A stretch of 6,208 nt of DNA from a virus (Duplodnaviria; Heunggongvirae; Uroviricota; Caudoviricetes). The translations under genes and the position numbers were made by a program. The notes beneath the pieces were generated by a model. The model made no database searches. It was not told where the DNA came from and worked only from the letters and a program-made list of their open reading frames with translations. Of this stretch, positions 1 through 5,413 are shown piece after piece; within the stretch, counting starts at the first letter, position 1, and each line of letters starts with the position of its first letter. The DNA lies in IMG/VR virus record IMGVR_UViG_2695420382_000003, positions 1 through 6,208 of that record. One strand, written 5' to 3'.

Positions 1-1
1 C

Positions 2-109
2 ATCAGTCCGATTAGCAGGGCTTTTAAGTATGCGATTGATGGACTCACCAATAAAAAACGCCCGGTGTGGCAAACCGAGCGTTCTGAACAAATCCAGATG
101 GAGTTCTGA
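2..109 (+). CDS. cII: cII transcriptional activator, 3' end only (5' end lies outside the window)
   Basis: The frame ending at TGA 107-109 translates to ...ISPISRAFKYAIDGLTNKKRPVWQTERSEQIQMEF. The last ~16 residues match the lambda CII C-terminus as I recall it (...TNKKRP..TERSEQIQMEF). It sits directly upstream of O, as in lambdoid phages. The upstream part differs from lambda, suggesting a mosaic allele. Confidence 0.7.
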   Translation: MSPISRAFKYAIDGLTNKKRPVWQTERSEQIQMEF

Positions 110-131
110 GGTCATTACTGGATCTATCAAC
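53..131 (-). ncRNA. oop: oop antisense RNA (~77 nt), overlapping the cII 3' end and ending in an intrinsic terminator
   Basis: The reverse complement of 53-131 reads GTTGATAGATCCAGTAATGACCTCAGAACTCCATCTGGATTTGTTCAGAACGCTCGGTTTGCCACACCGGGCGTTTTTT, which closely matches lambda oop as I recall it. A terminal hairpin (CGCTCGG / CCGGGCG, with one G-U pair) is followed by a U-run (plus-strand A-run at 53-58). Confidence 0.6.
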
Positions 132-138
132 AGGAGTC

Positions 139-167
139 ATTATGACAAATACAGCAAAAATACTCAA
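139..167 (-). promoter_or_regulatory. pO promoter driving oop (sigma70-like)
   Basis: On the minus strand: -35 TTGAGT (plus 162-167), 17-bp spacer, -10 CATAAT (plus 139-144). The predicted start falls ~7 nt downstream, at the oop 5' end (~131). It lies inside the first codons of O, as in lambda. Confidence 0.5.
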
Positions 168-1080
168 CTTCGGCAGAGGTAACTTTGCCGGACAGGAGCG
201 TAATGTGGCAGATCTCGATGATGGTTACGCCAGATTATCAAATATGCTGCTTGAGGCTTATTCAGGCGCAGATCTGACCAAGCGACAGTTTAAAGTGCTG
301 CTTGCCATTCTGCGTAAAACCTATGGGTGGAATAAACCAATGGACAGAATCACCGATTCTCAACTTAGCGAGATGACAAAGTTACCTGTCAAACGGTGCA
401 ATGAAGCCAAGCTAGAACTCGTCAGAATGAATATTATCAAGCAGCAAGGCGGCATGTTTGGACCAAATAAAAACATCTCAGAATGGTGTATCCCTCAAAA
501 CGAGGGAGGTTCCCCCAAAATGAGGGATATCCCTCAAAACGAGGGAAAATCCCCTAAAACGAGGGATAAAACATCCCTCAAATTGGGGGATTGCTATCCC
601 TCAAAACAGGGGGACACAAAAGACACTATTACAAAAGAAAAAAGAAAAGATTATTCGTCCGAGAATTCTGGCGAATCCTCTGACCAGCCAGAAAACGATC
701 TTTCTGTGGTTAAACCGGATGCTGCAATTCAGAGCGGCAGCAAGTGGGGAACAGCAGAAGACCTGACCGCCGCAGAGTGGATGTTTGACATGGTGAAGAC
801 TATCGCGCCATCAGCCAGAAAACCGAATTTTGCTGGGTGGGCTAACGATATCCGCCTGATGCGTGAACGTGACGGACGTAACCACCGCGATATGTGTGTG
901 CTTTTCCGCTGGGCCTGCCAGGACAACTTCTGGTCCGGTAACGTGCTAAGTCCGGCCAAACTCCGCGACAAGTGGACCCAGCTCGAAATCAACCGTAACA
1001 AGCAACAGGCAGGCGTGACAGCCAGCAAACCAAAACTCGACCTGACAAACACTGACTGGATTTACGGGGTGGATTTATGA
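142..1080 (+). CDS. O: Replication initiator protein O (origin-binding), 312 aa
   Basis: The translation is near-identical to lambda O as I recall it (MTNTAKILNFGRGNFAGQERNVADLDDGYARL... WIYGVDL). An AGGAG Shine-Dalgarno precedes the ATG. The iteron array lies inside the coding sequence. The protein is ~13 aa longer than lambda O because of two extra iterons. The stop overlaps the P start (ATGA). Confidence 0.95.
   Translation: MTNTAKILNFGRGNFAGQERNVADLDDGYARLSNMLLEAYSGADLTKRQFKVLLAILRKTYGWNKPMDRITDSQLSEMTKLPVKRCNEAKLELVRMNIIKQQGGMFGPNKNISEWCIPQNEGGSPKMRDIPQNEGKSPKTRDKTSLKLGDCYPSKQGDTKDTITKEKRKDYSSENSGESSDQPENDLSVVKPDAAIQSGSKWGTAEDLTAAEWMFDMVKTIAPSARKPNFAGWANDIRLMRERDGRNHRDMCVLFRWACQDNFWSGNVLSPAKLRDKWTQLEINRNKQQAGVTASKPKLDLTNTDWIYGVDL
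491..614. repeat. Lambda-type replication origin iteron array: six ~17-18 bp dyad-symmetric iterons (TCCCTCAAAACGAGGGA-like) at ~20 bp spacing
   Basis: Direct repeats at 491-507, 511-527, 530-546, 550-566, 574-590 and 597-614. Each has a TCCC(T/C)C arm, an A-rich centre and a (G)AGGGA arm. The first and third copies are identical. Confidence 0.85.
615..655. promoter_or_regulatory. A/T-rich DNA-unwinding segment flanking the iterons
   Basis: ACACAAAAGACACTATTACAAAAGAAAAAAGAAAAGATTATT lies immediately right of the last iteron. This is the same arrangement as the lambda origin. Confidence 0.6.
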
Positions 1081-1778
1081 AAAACATCGCAGCACAGATG
1101 GTTAACTTTGACCGTGAGCAGATGCGTCGGATCGCCAACAACATGCCGGAACAGTACGACGAAAAGCCGCAGGTACAGCAGGTAGCGCAGATCATCAACG
1201 GTGTGTTCAGCCAGTTACTGGCAACTTTCCCGGCGAGCCTGGCTAACCGTGACCAGAACGAACTGAACGAAATCCGCCGCCAGTGGGTTCTGGCTTTCCG
1301 GGAAAACGGGGTCACCACAATGGAACAGGTTAACGCAGGAATGCGCGTAGCCCGTCGGCAGAATCGACCATTTCTGCCATCACCCGGGCAGTTTGTCGCC
1401 TGGTGCCGGGAAGAAGCATCCGTTATTGCCGGACTGCCAAACGTCAGCGAGCTGGTTGATATGGTTTACGAGTATTGCCGGAAGCGAGGCCTGTATCCGG
1501 ATGCGGAGTCTTATCCGTGGAAATCAAACGCGCACTACTGGCTGGTTACCAACCTGTATCAGAACATGCGGGCCAATGCGCTTACTGATGCGGAATTACG
1601 CCGTAAGGCCGCAGATGAGCTTGTCCATATGACTGCGAGAATTAACCGTGGTGAGGCGATCCCTGAACCAGTAAAACAACTTCCTGTCATGGGCGGCAGA
1701 CCTCTAAATCGTGCACAGGCTCTGGCGAAGATCGCAGAACTCAAAGCTAAGTTCGGACTGAAAGGAGCAAGTCTATGA
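1077..1778 (+). CDS. P: Replication protein P (DnaB helicase loader), 233 aa
   Basis: The translation MKNIAAQMVNFDREQMRRIANNMPEQYDEKPQ...KFGLKGASL matches lambda P as I recall it. Its start overlaps the O stop (ATGA) and its stop overlaps the ren start. Confidence 0.95.
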   Translation: MKNIAAQMVNFDREQMRRIANNMPEQYDEKPQVQQVAQIINGVFSQLLATFPASLANRDQNELNEIRRQWVLAFRENGVTTMEQVNAGMRVARRQNRPFLPSPGQFVAWCREEASVIAGLPNVSELVDMVYEYCRKRGLYPDAESYPWKSNAHYWLVTNLYQNMRANALTDAELRRKAADELVHMTARINRGEAIPEPVKQLPVMGGRPLNRAQALAKIAELKAKFGLKGASL

Positions 1779-2065
1779 CGGGCAAAGAAGCAATTATTCA
1801 TTATCTGGAGACGCACAAGAGCTTCTGTGCGCCGGACGTTGCTGCGGTAACAGGCGCAACAGTAACCAGCATAAATCAGGCCGCGGCTAAAATGGCACGG
1901 GCAGGTCTTCTGGTTATCGAAAGTAAGGTCTGGCGAACGGTGTATTACCGGTTCGCTACCAGAGAAGAACGGGAAGGAAAGGTGAGCACGAACCTGATTT
2001 TTAAGGAGTGTCGCCAGAGTGCCGCGATGAAACGGGTATTGGCGGTATATGGAGTTAAAAGATGA
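1775..2065 (+). CDS. ren: Ren protein (rex exclusion relief), 96 aa
   Basis: The translation MTGKEAIIHYLETHKSFCAPDVAAVTGATVTSINQAAAKMARAGLLVIE... matches lambda Ren as I recall it. It is in the canonical position after P. Confidence 0.9.
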   Translation: MTGKEAIIHYLETHKSFCAPDVAAVTGATVTSINQAAAKMARAGLLVIESKVWRTVYYRFATREEREGKVSTNLIFKECRQSAAMKRVLAVYGVKR

Positions 2066-2090
2066 CCATCTACATCACTGAGCTAATAAC

Positions 2091-2123
2091 AGGCCTGCTG
2101 GTAATCGCAGGCCTTTTTATTTG
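2091..2123 (+). terminator. Intrinsic terminator, tR2-like
   Basis: Perfect 8-bp stem AGGCCTGC (2091-2098) / GCAGGCCT (2107-2114) with an 8-nt loop, followed by TTTTTATTTG. It lies just downstream of ren, where lambda tR2 is located. Confidence 0.65.
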
Positions 2124-2243
2124 TATGTAAGCAAAATCGATTTTAAGCCACATAAATAAGCCTGTGGCGACCTAATCATTGCTCGGGCATGTAATTAGGT
2201 GGCGAGATGCAAAAGTTACGCAGAATGCGATTAAGGAGGTTTA

Positions 2244-2714
2244 ATGGTGAGGCAAATATACATGCTTCGCAACGAAGCAATCAGAAATAACGCCATAGAC
2301 GCAATACTCTCACTTCCGATCGACGACAAGTCACCTCACGAAGTCCACGTTAAAGAACCAAAGCGGAGCAATCCTCAAAACCGCCTTATGTGGGCGTTAT
2401 TGCGGGACGTATCGCGTCAGGTGCTTTGGCATGGAGAGAGACTTGCGCCGGAAGACTGGAAAGACCTGTTCACTGCCCTGTGGCTTAAGACCAAAAAACT
2501 GGAGCAACGAAGTGCGCCTGGTATCGACGGTGGCGTTGTTATGCTTGGCGTGCGTACCAGCAAAATGCGAAAGGCCAACATGACTGAGCTTATCGAAATC
2601 ATGTTCTGGTTCGGCTCAGAGCGCAACGTGCGGTGGAGTGATGACTCCCGGCGAGAGTATGAATGGTCACAACGGAAAGGTAACACGGACAATATGCGAG
2701 GGTTGAATGATTAA
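2244..2714 (+). CDS. ninB: NinB (Orf-family recombination mediator), 156 aa
   Basis: A strong Shine-Dalgarno (AAGGAGGT) sits 4 nt upstream of the ATG. The translation shares conserved blocks with lambda NinB as I recall them (NPQNRLMWALLRDVSRQVLWHGERL..WK..FTA; ..TSKM...E..ELIE....FG.ER.V.WSD). Confidence 0.85.
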   Translation: MVRQIYMLRNEAIRNNAIDAILSLPIDDKSPHEVHVKEPKRSNPQNRLMWALLRDVSRQVLWHGERLAPEDWKDLFTALWLKTKKLEQRSAPGIDGGVVMLGVRTSKMRKANMTELIEIMFWFGSERNVRWSDDSRREYEWSQRKGNTDNMRGLND

Positions 2715-3237
2715 GCATAAATCAGAAACACCAAAAGAAGTTAGAGACTGCTGGAAAACGCCGCTTTGGCTTTTTGATGCACTGGATATTGAGTTTGGAT
2801 TCTGGCTGGATTCGGCAGCGAGCGACAAAAATGCTCTGTGTGCTCACTGGCTAACTGAGGCCGACGACGCGCTCAATTCTGAGTGGGTAAGCCACGGTGC
2901 AATCTGGAATAACCCACCGTACAGCAATATCAGGCCGTGGGTGGAAAAAGCCGCTGAGCAGTGCATACAACAGCGACAGACGGTAGTTATGCTTGTGCCA
3001 GAGGATATGTCAGTCGGATGGTTCAGCAAGGCTCTGGAGAGTGTCGACGAAGTTCGCATTATCACTGATGGACGGATTAATTTTATCGAACCATCGACAG
3101 GGCTGGAGAAGAAGGGAAACAGCAAAGGCTCCATGCTGCTGATTTGGCGACCGTTCATCAGTCCTCGACGGATGTTTACTACCGTATCCAAAGCGGCATT
3201 GATGGCGATCGGGCAGGGCGTCAGGAGGGCAGAATGA
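2707..3237 (+). CDS. Phage orphan DNA N6-adenine methyltransferase (Dam-like), 176 aa
   Basis: The translation contains the catalytic NPPY motif (..[11 protein letters not shown]..) typical of N6-adenine methyltransferases. Its size and layout fit the phage Dam-type family. The start overlaps the ninB stop and the stop overlaps the ninE start. No adjacent restriction endonuclease gene is present. Confidence 0.8.
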   Translation: MIKHKSETPKEVRDCWKTPLWLFDALDIEFGFWLDSAASDKNALCAHWLTEADDALNSEWVSHGAIWNNPPYSNIRPWVEKAAEQCIQQRQTVVMLVPEDMSVGWFSKALESVDEVRIITDGRINFIEPSTGLEKKGNSKGSMLLIWRPFISPRRMFTTVSKAALMAIGQGVRRAE

Positions 3238-3410
3238 GACGACAGCGACGAAGCATCACCGACATCATCTGCGAAAACTGCAAATACCTTCCAACGAAGC
3301 GCTCCAGAAATAAACGCAAGCCAATCCCAAAAGAATCTGACGTAAAAACCTTCAACTACACGGCTCACCTGTGGGATATCCGGTGGCTAAGACATCGTGC
3401 GAGGAAATGA
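3234..3410 (+). CDS. ninE: NinE, 58 aa
   Basis: The translation [58 protein letters not shown] matches lambda NinE as I recall it. The start is the ATG at 3234, internal to the longer 88-aa track ORF, and overlaps the methyltransferase stop (ATGA). Confidence 0.85.
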   Translation: MRRQRRSITDIICENCKYLPTKRSRNKRKPIPKESDVKTFNYTAHLWDIRWLRHRARK

Positions 3411-3451
3411 CTATTTATCCGGTGCGCCGCCAGAATGACGGCGCGGTGTGG

Positions 3452-3760
3452 TTAAACGAAGCGGATCTGGAGTTTTTTTCCAGTAGCGCGGGCGAATTTT
3501 TTTAGGGTGGCAAATGATGGGCCGCTGATACCTGATGCGAGATTACTTTCCATTCTGGTGATCGCGGTCGCTTTTGTTCCCATTCGCTCGGCAACTTCAG
3601 CCTGAGTTAAGCCAGCTTCTTTGCGTGCTGCCAGCATTTCATCAAGCAGTGCGAATTCGTCAGCGATAGCGTCGTATTCTGCTTTAAAAGCCGGGTCTTC
3701 CATCCATTTGGCTGCCATTTCGTCGTGTGTCATGGTGGGGAGAGTGCGTTTACCAGTCAT
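3452..3760 (-). CDS. XRE-family HTH antitoxin (HigA-like), 102 aa
   Basis: A perfect Shine-Dalgarno AAGGAGGT lies 5 nt upstream of the ATG, inside the toxin 3' end. The translation has a helix-turn-helix signature (GLTQAEVAERMGTKATAITRMESN) and a C-terminal tail (LKKFARATGKKLQIRFV) typical of antitoxins partnered with Gp49/HigB-like toxins. It overlaps the upstream toxin ORF by 11 nt. Confidence 0.8.
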   Translation of the reverse strand: MTGKRTLPTMTHDEMAAKWMEDPAFKAEYDAIADEFALLDEMLAARKEAGLTQAEVAERMGTKATAITRMESNLASGISGPSFATLKKFARATGKKLQIRFV

Positions 3761-4079
3761 GCTTAACCTCCTTCATTCTGGTTTCAGCTTTCTTGCGTTC
3801 GGCTGGCGGTGTTTTCTGCGTTTTCTTTACAAAACTATGCAGCATGATGATGCGTTTCCCTGTCAGAGTGCAGTAAAAAACACGCGCGATCCCATCGTTG
3901 CCTTTAATTCTGAGTTCGAAAAGCCCGTCACCAAAGGCGCTGGTGTGAGGTTCTCCGAGATTGCTGCCATATATCTTCATACGTTCAACGAGATGTTGGT
4001 ATCGGGCACGCATACTCAATGGAAGCCGATCGACTTCCAGCCTTACATCTTCACTGTAGTATTCGATAGTGTAGTTCAT
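3750..4079 (-). CDS. RelE/ParE-superfamily toxin (HigB / Gp49-like), ~109 aa
   Basis: The translation from the ATG at 4079 is MNYTIEYYSEDVRLEVDRLP...GDGLFELRIKGNDGIARVFYCTLTGKRIIMLHSFVKKTQKTPPAERKKAETRMKEVKHDW. The C-terminal H.F.KKTQKTP..E...A motif is characteristic of Gp49-like RelE-family toxins. The gene order is toxin first, antitoxin second, as in higBA. The start is uncertain: ATG at 4091 is an alternative, the 154-aa track ORF start at 4214 is unlikely, and there is no obvious Shine-Dalgarno. Confidence 0.75.
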   Translation of the reverse strand: MNYTIEYYSEDVRLEVDRLPLSMRARYQHLVERMKIYGSNLGEPHTSAFGDGLFELRIKGNDGIARVFYCTLTGKRIIMLHSFVKKTQKTPPAERKKAETRMKEVKHDW

Positions 4080-4124
4080 AGGTATCAACATAACAAAATC
4101 GTTATATGCATTCAAGGCCTGTAG

Positions 4125-4154
4125 TTGACGACAACACATATCCGGGGCTATATT
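4125..4154 (+). promoter_or_regulatory. Candidate sigma70 promoter reading rightward
   Basis: -35 TTGACG (4125-4130), 18-bp spacer, -10 TATATT (4149-4154). The predicted start is near 4161. It overlaps the left arm of the 10-bp inverted repeat. Confidence 0.35.
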
Positions 4155-4201
4155 CCTCACGCGCCAGCAAAATCTGGCGTCGGGATTGGAACCCCGGATA
4201 T
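4138..4201. repeat. Nested palindrome: perfect 10-bp inverted repeat ATATCCGGGG / CCCCGGATAT enclosing an inner 6-bp inverted repeat CGCCAG / CTGGCG
   Basis: Outer arms are at 4138-4147 and 4192-4201. Inner arms are at 4162-4167 and 4174-4179, and TTCC (4153-4156) pairs with GGAA (4188-4191). The two centres are within 1 bp of each other. This is a candidate operator, or an RNA hairpin if transcribed. Confidence 0.6.
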
Positions 4202-4214
4202 CGAAACGGTGCAT

Positions 4215-4234
4215 ACCGCGCTGGCGGTTTTTTT
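4215..4234 (+). terminator. Candidate short intrinsic terminator or attenuator (+ strand only)
   Basis: 5-bp GC-rich stem ACCGC / GCGGT with a GCTG tetraloop, followed by a 7-T run (4228-4234). The stem is short, so this call is tentative. Confidence 0.35.
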
Positions 4235-4397
4235 ATGCGCTAAGCACAGTCACATTCGCGATTTATGGCGGGCTGTGTGGGGGCACCGAAAGGTGCGCCG
4301 GATGTTTCGACCGGTAGTTCCAACCCTGCACAGTTCGCCACCCGATGATTGGAACCTGAAGGTGGTGAGGTAAAAATTATCGAAACGCGAGGTCGTT

Positions 4398-5084
4398 ATG
4401 ACTGTTCAAGTTGCTGTCAAAAACCTTTCCCCTGTCACTTATAACCAGATTCCTGTAATCACAACTGAGTTACTCGCCCGCCTTTACGGAACAGAAGCAA
4501 TCCGTATACAGCAGAATCACCATGAAAATAAATCTCGATTTATTGAGGGAAAACACTTCTTTAAAGCTGTTGGTGATGAGCTCAAAAATTTGCGACTAGT
4601 TTTAAACGAGTCGCAAAATGAGGTGAAAATTTCTCCAAAAACCCGCTCCCTCATCCTCTGGACAGAACGCGGCGCAGCTCGTCACGCGAAGATGCTCGAA
4701 ACCGATCAGGCATGGGACGTGTTCGAAAAACTGGAAGACTGCTATTTCAGCCAGACTTCGAAAAGCGCAGGTCATCACGAGAAGAAAACCAGCGAGCTTT
4801 CTGCAAAAGATGCAAACAGTCTGGTATGGTTGTGGGATTATGCCAACCGCTCACAGGCATTATTCCGCGAACTGTATCCGGCGCTAAGACAAATTCAGTC
4901 TAACTATTCCGGCAGATGCCACGACTACGGTCATGAGTTCTCGTATGTTATCGGAATGGCGAGAGACGTTTTAATCAATCACACACGAGATGTTGATATT
5001 AATGAGCCAGACGGACCAACGAATCTTTCTGCATGGGTAAGACTTAAGAACAAAGAATTACCTCCTTCACTACATCACTACTGA
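4398..5084 (+). CDS. ORF6N (KilA-N-like) domain protein with an uncharacterised C-terminal half, 228 aa
   Basis: GAGG lies 5 nt upstream of the ATG. The N-terminal ~115 aa carry an ORF6N-like signature ([36 protein letters not shown] ... [34 protein letters not shown]). The C-terminal ~110 aa match no family I recognise. Confidence 0.8.
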   Translation: MTVQVAVKNLSPVTYNQIPVITTELLARLYGTEAIRIQQNHHENKSRFIEGKHFFKAVGDELKNLRLVLNESQNEVKISPKTRSLILWTERGAARHAKMLETDQAWDVFEKLEDCYFSQTSKSAGHHEKKTSELSAKDANSLVWLWDYANRSQALFRELYPALRQIQSNYSGRCHDYGHEFSYVIGMARDVLINHTRDVDINEPDGPTNLSAWVRLKNKELPPSLHHY

Positions 5085-5102
5085 CAGATTGCCAACGCAA
5101 CG

Positions 5103-5126
5103 ACCCAGCTTCGGCTGGGTTTTTTA
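5103..5126 (+). terminator. Intrinsic terminator
   Basis: 7-bp stem ACCCAGC / GCTGGGT with a TTCG tetraloop, followed by TTTTTTAT. It lies 19 nt after the stop of the ORF6N gene. Confidence 0.75.
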
Positions 5127-5158
5127 TTGCTGAATTTTCAATATGAGAGGACATGACA

Positions 5159-5413
5159 ATGAACGAGCTGATAAATAGCAACGCCATTAAAATGACCAGC
5201 ATTGAAATCGCTGAGTTGGTGGGTAAGCGTCATGACAATGTGAAACGTACCATCGAAACGCTGGTTAAAAGTGGAGTTATCCGGCTTCCTCAAATTGAGG
5301 TTTCCGAAAGAATCAATAAATTAGGGTTCAATGTTCAGTACGAGCATTACGTCTTCGAAGGCGAACAAGGTAAGCGCGACAGCATTATTGTCGTTGAAGG
5401 AGGTGTTGCATGA
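5159..5413 (+). CDS. Stand-alone Rha-domain (Phage_pRha-like) small DNA-binding protein, ~84 aa
   Basis: The translation has the Rha-family N-terminal signature (MTSIEIAELVGKRHDNVKRTIETL). GAGAGG lies 8 nt upstream of the ATG at 5159; the track start at 5153 is too close to that Shine-Dalgarno. The stop overlaps the start of the next gene (ATGA). Confidence 0.7.
   Translation: MNELINSNAIKMTSIEIAELVGKRHDNVKRTIETLVKSGVIRLPQIEVSERINKLGFNVQYEHYVFEGEQGKRDSIIVVEGGVA

Noticed and set aside
491-614. Possibility that the regularly spaced repeats form a CRISPR array
   Set aside because: The repeats are only ~17-18 bp and the spacers 2-7 bp. They lie inside the O reading frame and match the lambda origin iteron consensus. 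No cas genes are present.
729-1318. Minus-strand ORFs of 107 and 109 aa (729-1052 and 989-1318) inside O and P
   Set aside because: They are antisense to two strongly supported genes. They lack a Shine-Dalgarno and have low-complexity, Arg/Ser-rich translations typical of shadow frames.
1393-1816. ORFs at 1393-1632 (+) and 1559-1816 (-) within P
   Set aside because: These are alternative-frame or antisense frames inside P with no independent start signals.
2417-3368. Minus-strand ORFs at 2417-2692 (91 aa) and 2844-3368 (174 aa)
   Set aside because: They are antisense to ninB and to the methyltransferase and ninE. They have no ribosome-binding site and biased shadow-frame composition.
3144-3410. 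The 88-aa version of the ninE frame starting at 3144
   Set aside because: The ATG at 3234 gives the recognisable NinE sequence and overlaps the methyltransferase stop. The upstream extension lies entirely within the methyltransferase coding region.
3621-4124. 167-aa + strand ORF
   Set aside because: It is antisense to the toxin and antitoxin genes and has a Ser/Ala-rich low-complexity N-terminus. The toxin-antitoxin reading on the - strand has a strong Shine-Dalgarno and recognisable motifs.
3750-4214. The 154-aa extended version of the toxin ORF
   Set aside because: The N-terminal 45 residues would be translated from the palindrome and promoter region and are atypical for RelE-family toxins (~90-115 aa). 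An internal ATG at 4079 or 4091 is more plausible.
4125-4373. 82-aa ORF in the intergenic region
   Set aside because: It begins with TTG, has no Shine-Dalgarno, and has Gly/Pro/Arg-rich composition. The region is better explained by non-coding structure (palindromes, promoter, terminator-like hairpin).
4712-4903. 63-aa + strand ORF
   Set aside because: It is an alternative frame inside the ORF6N gene.
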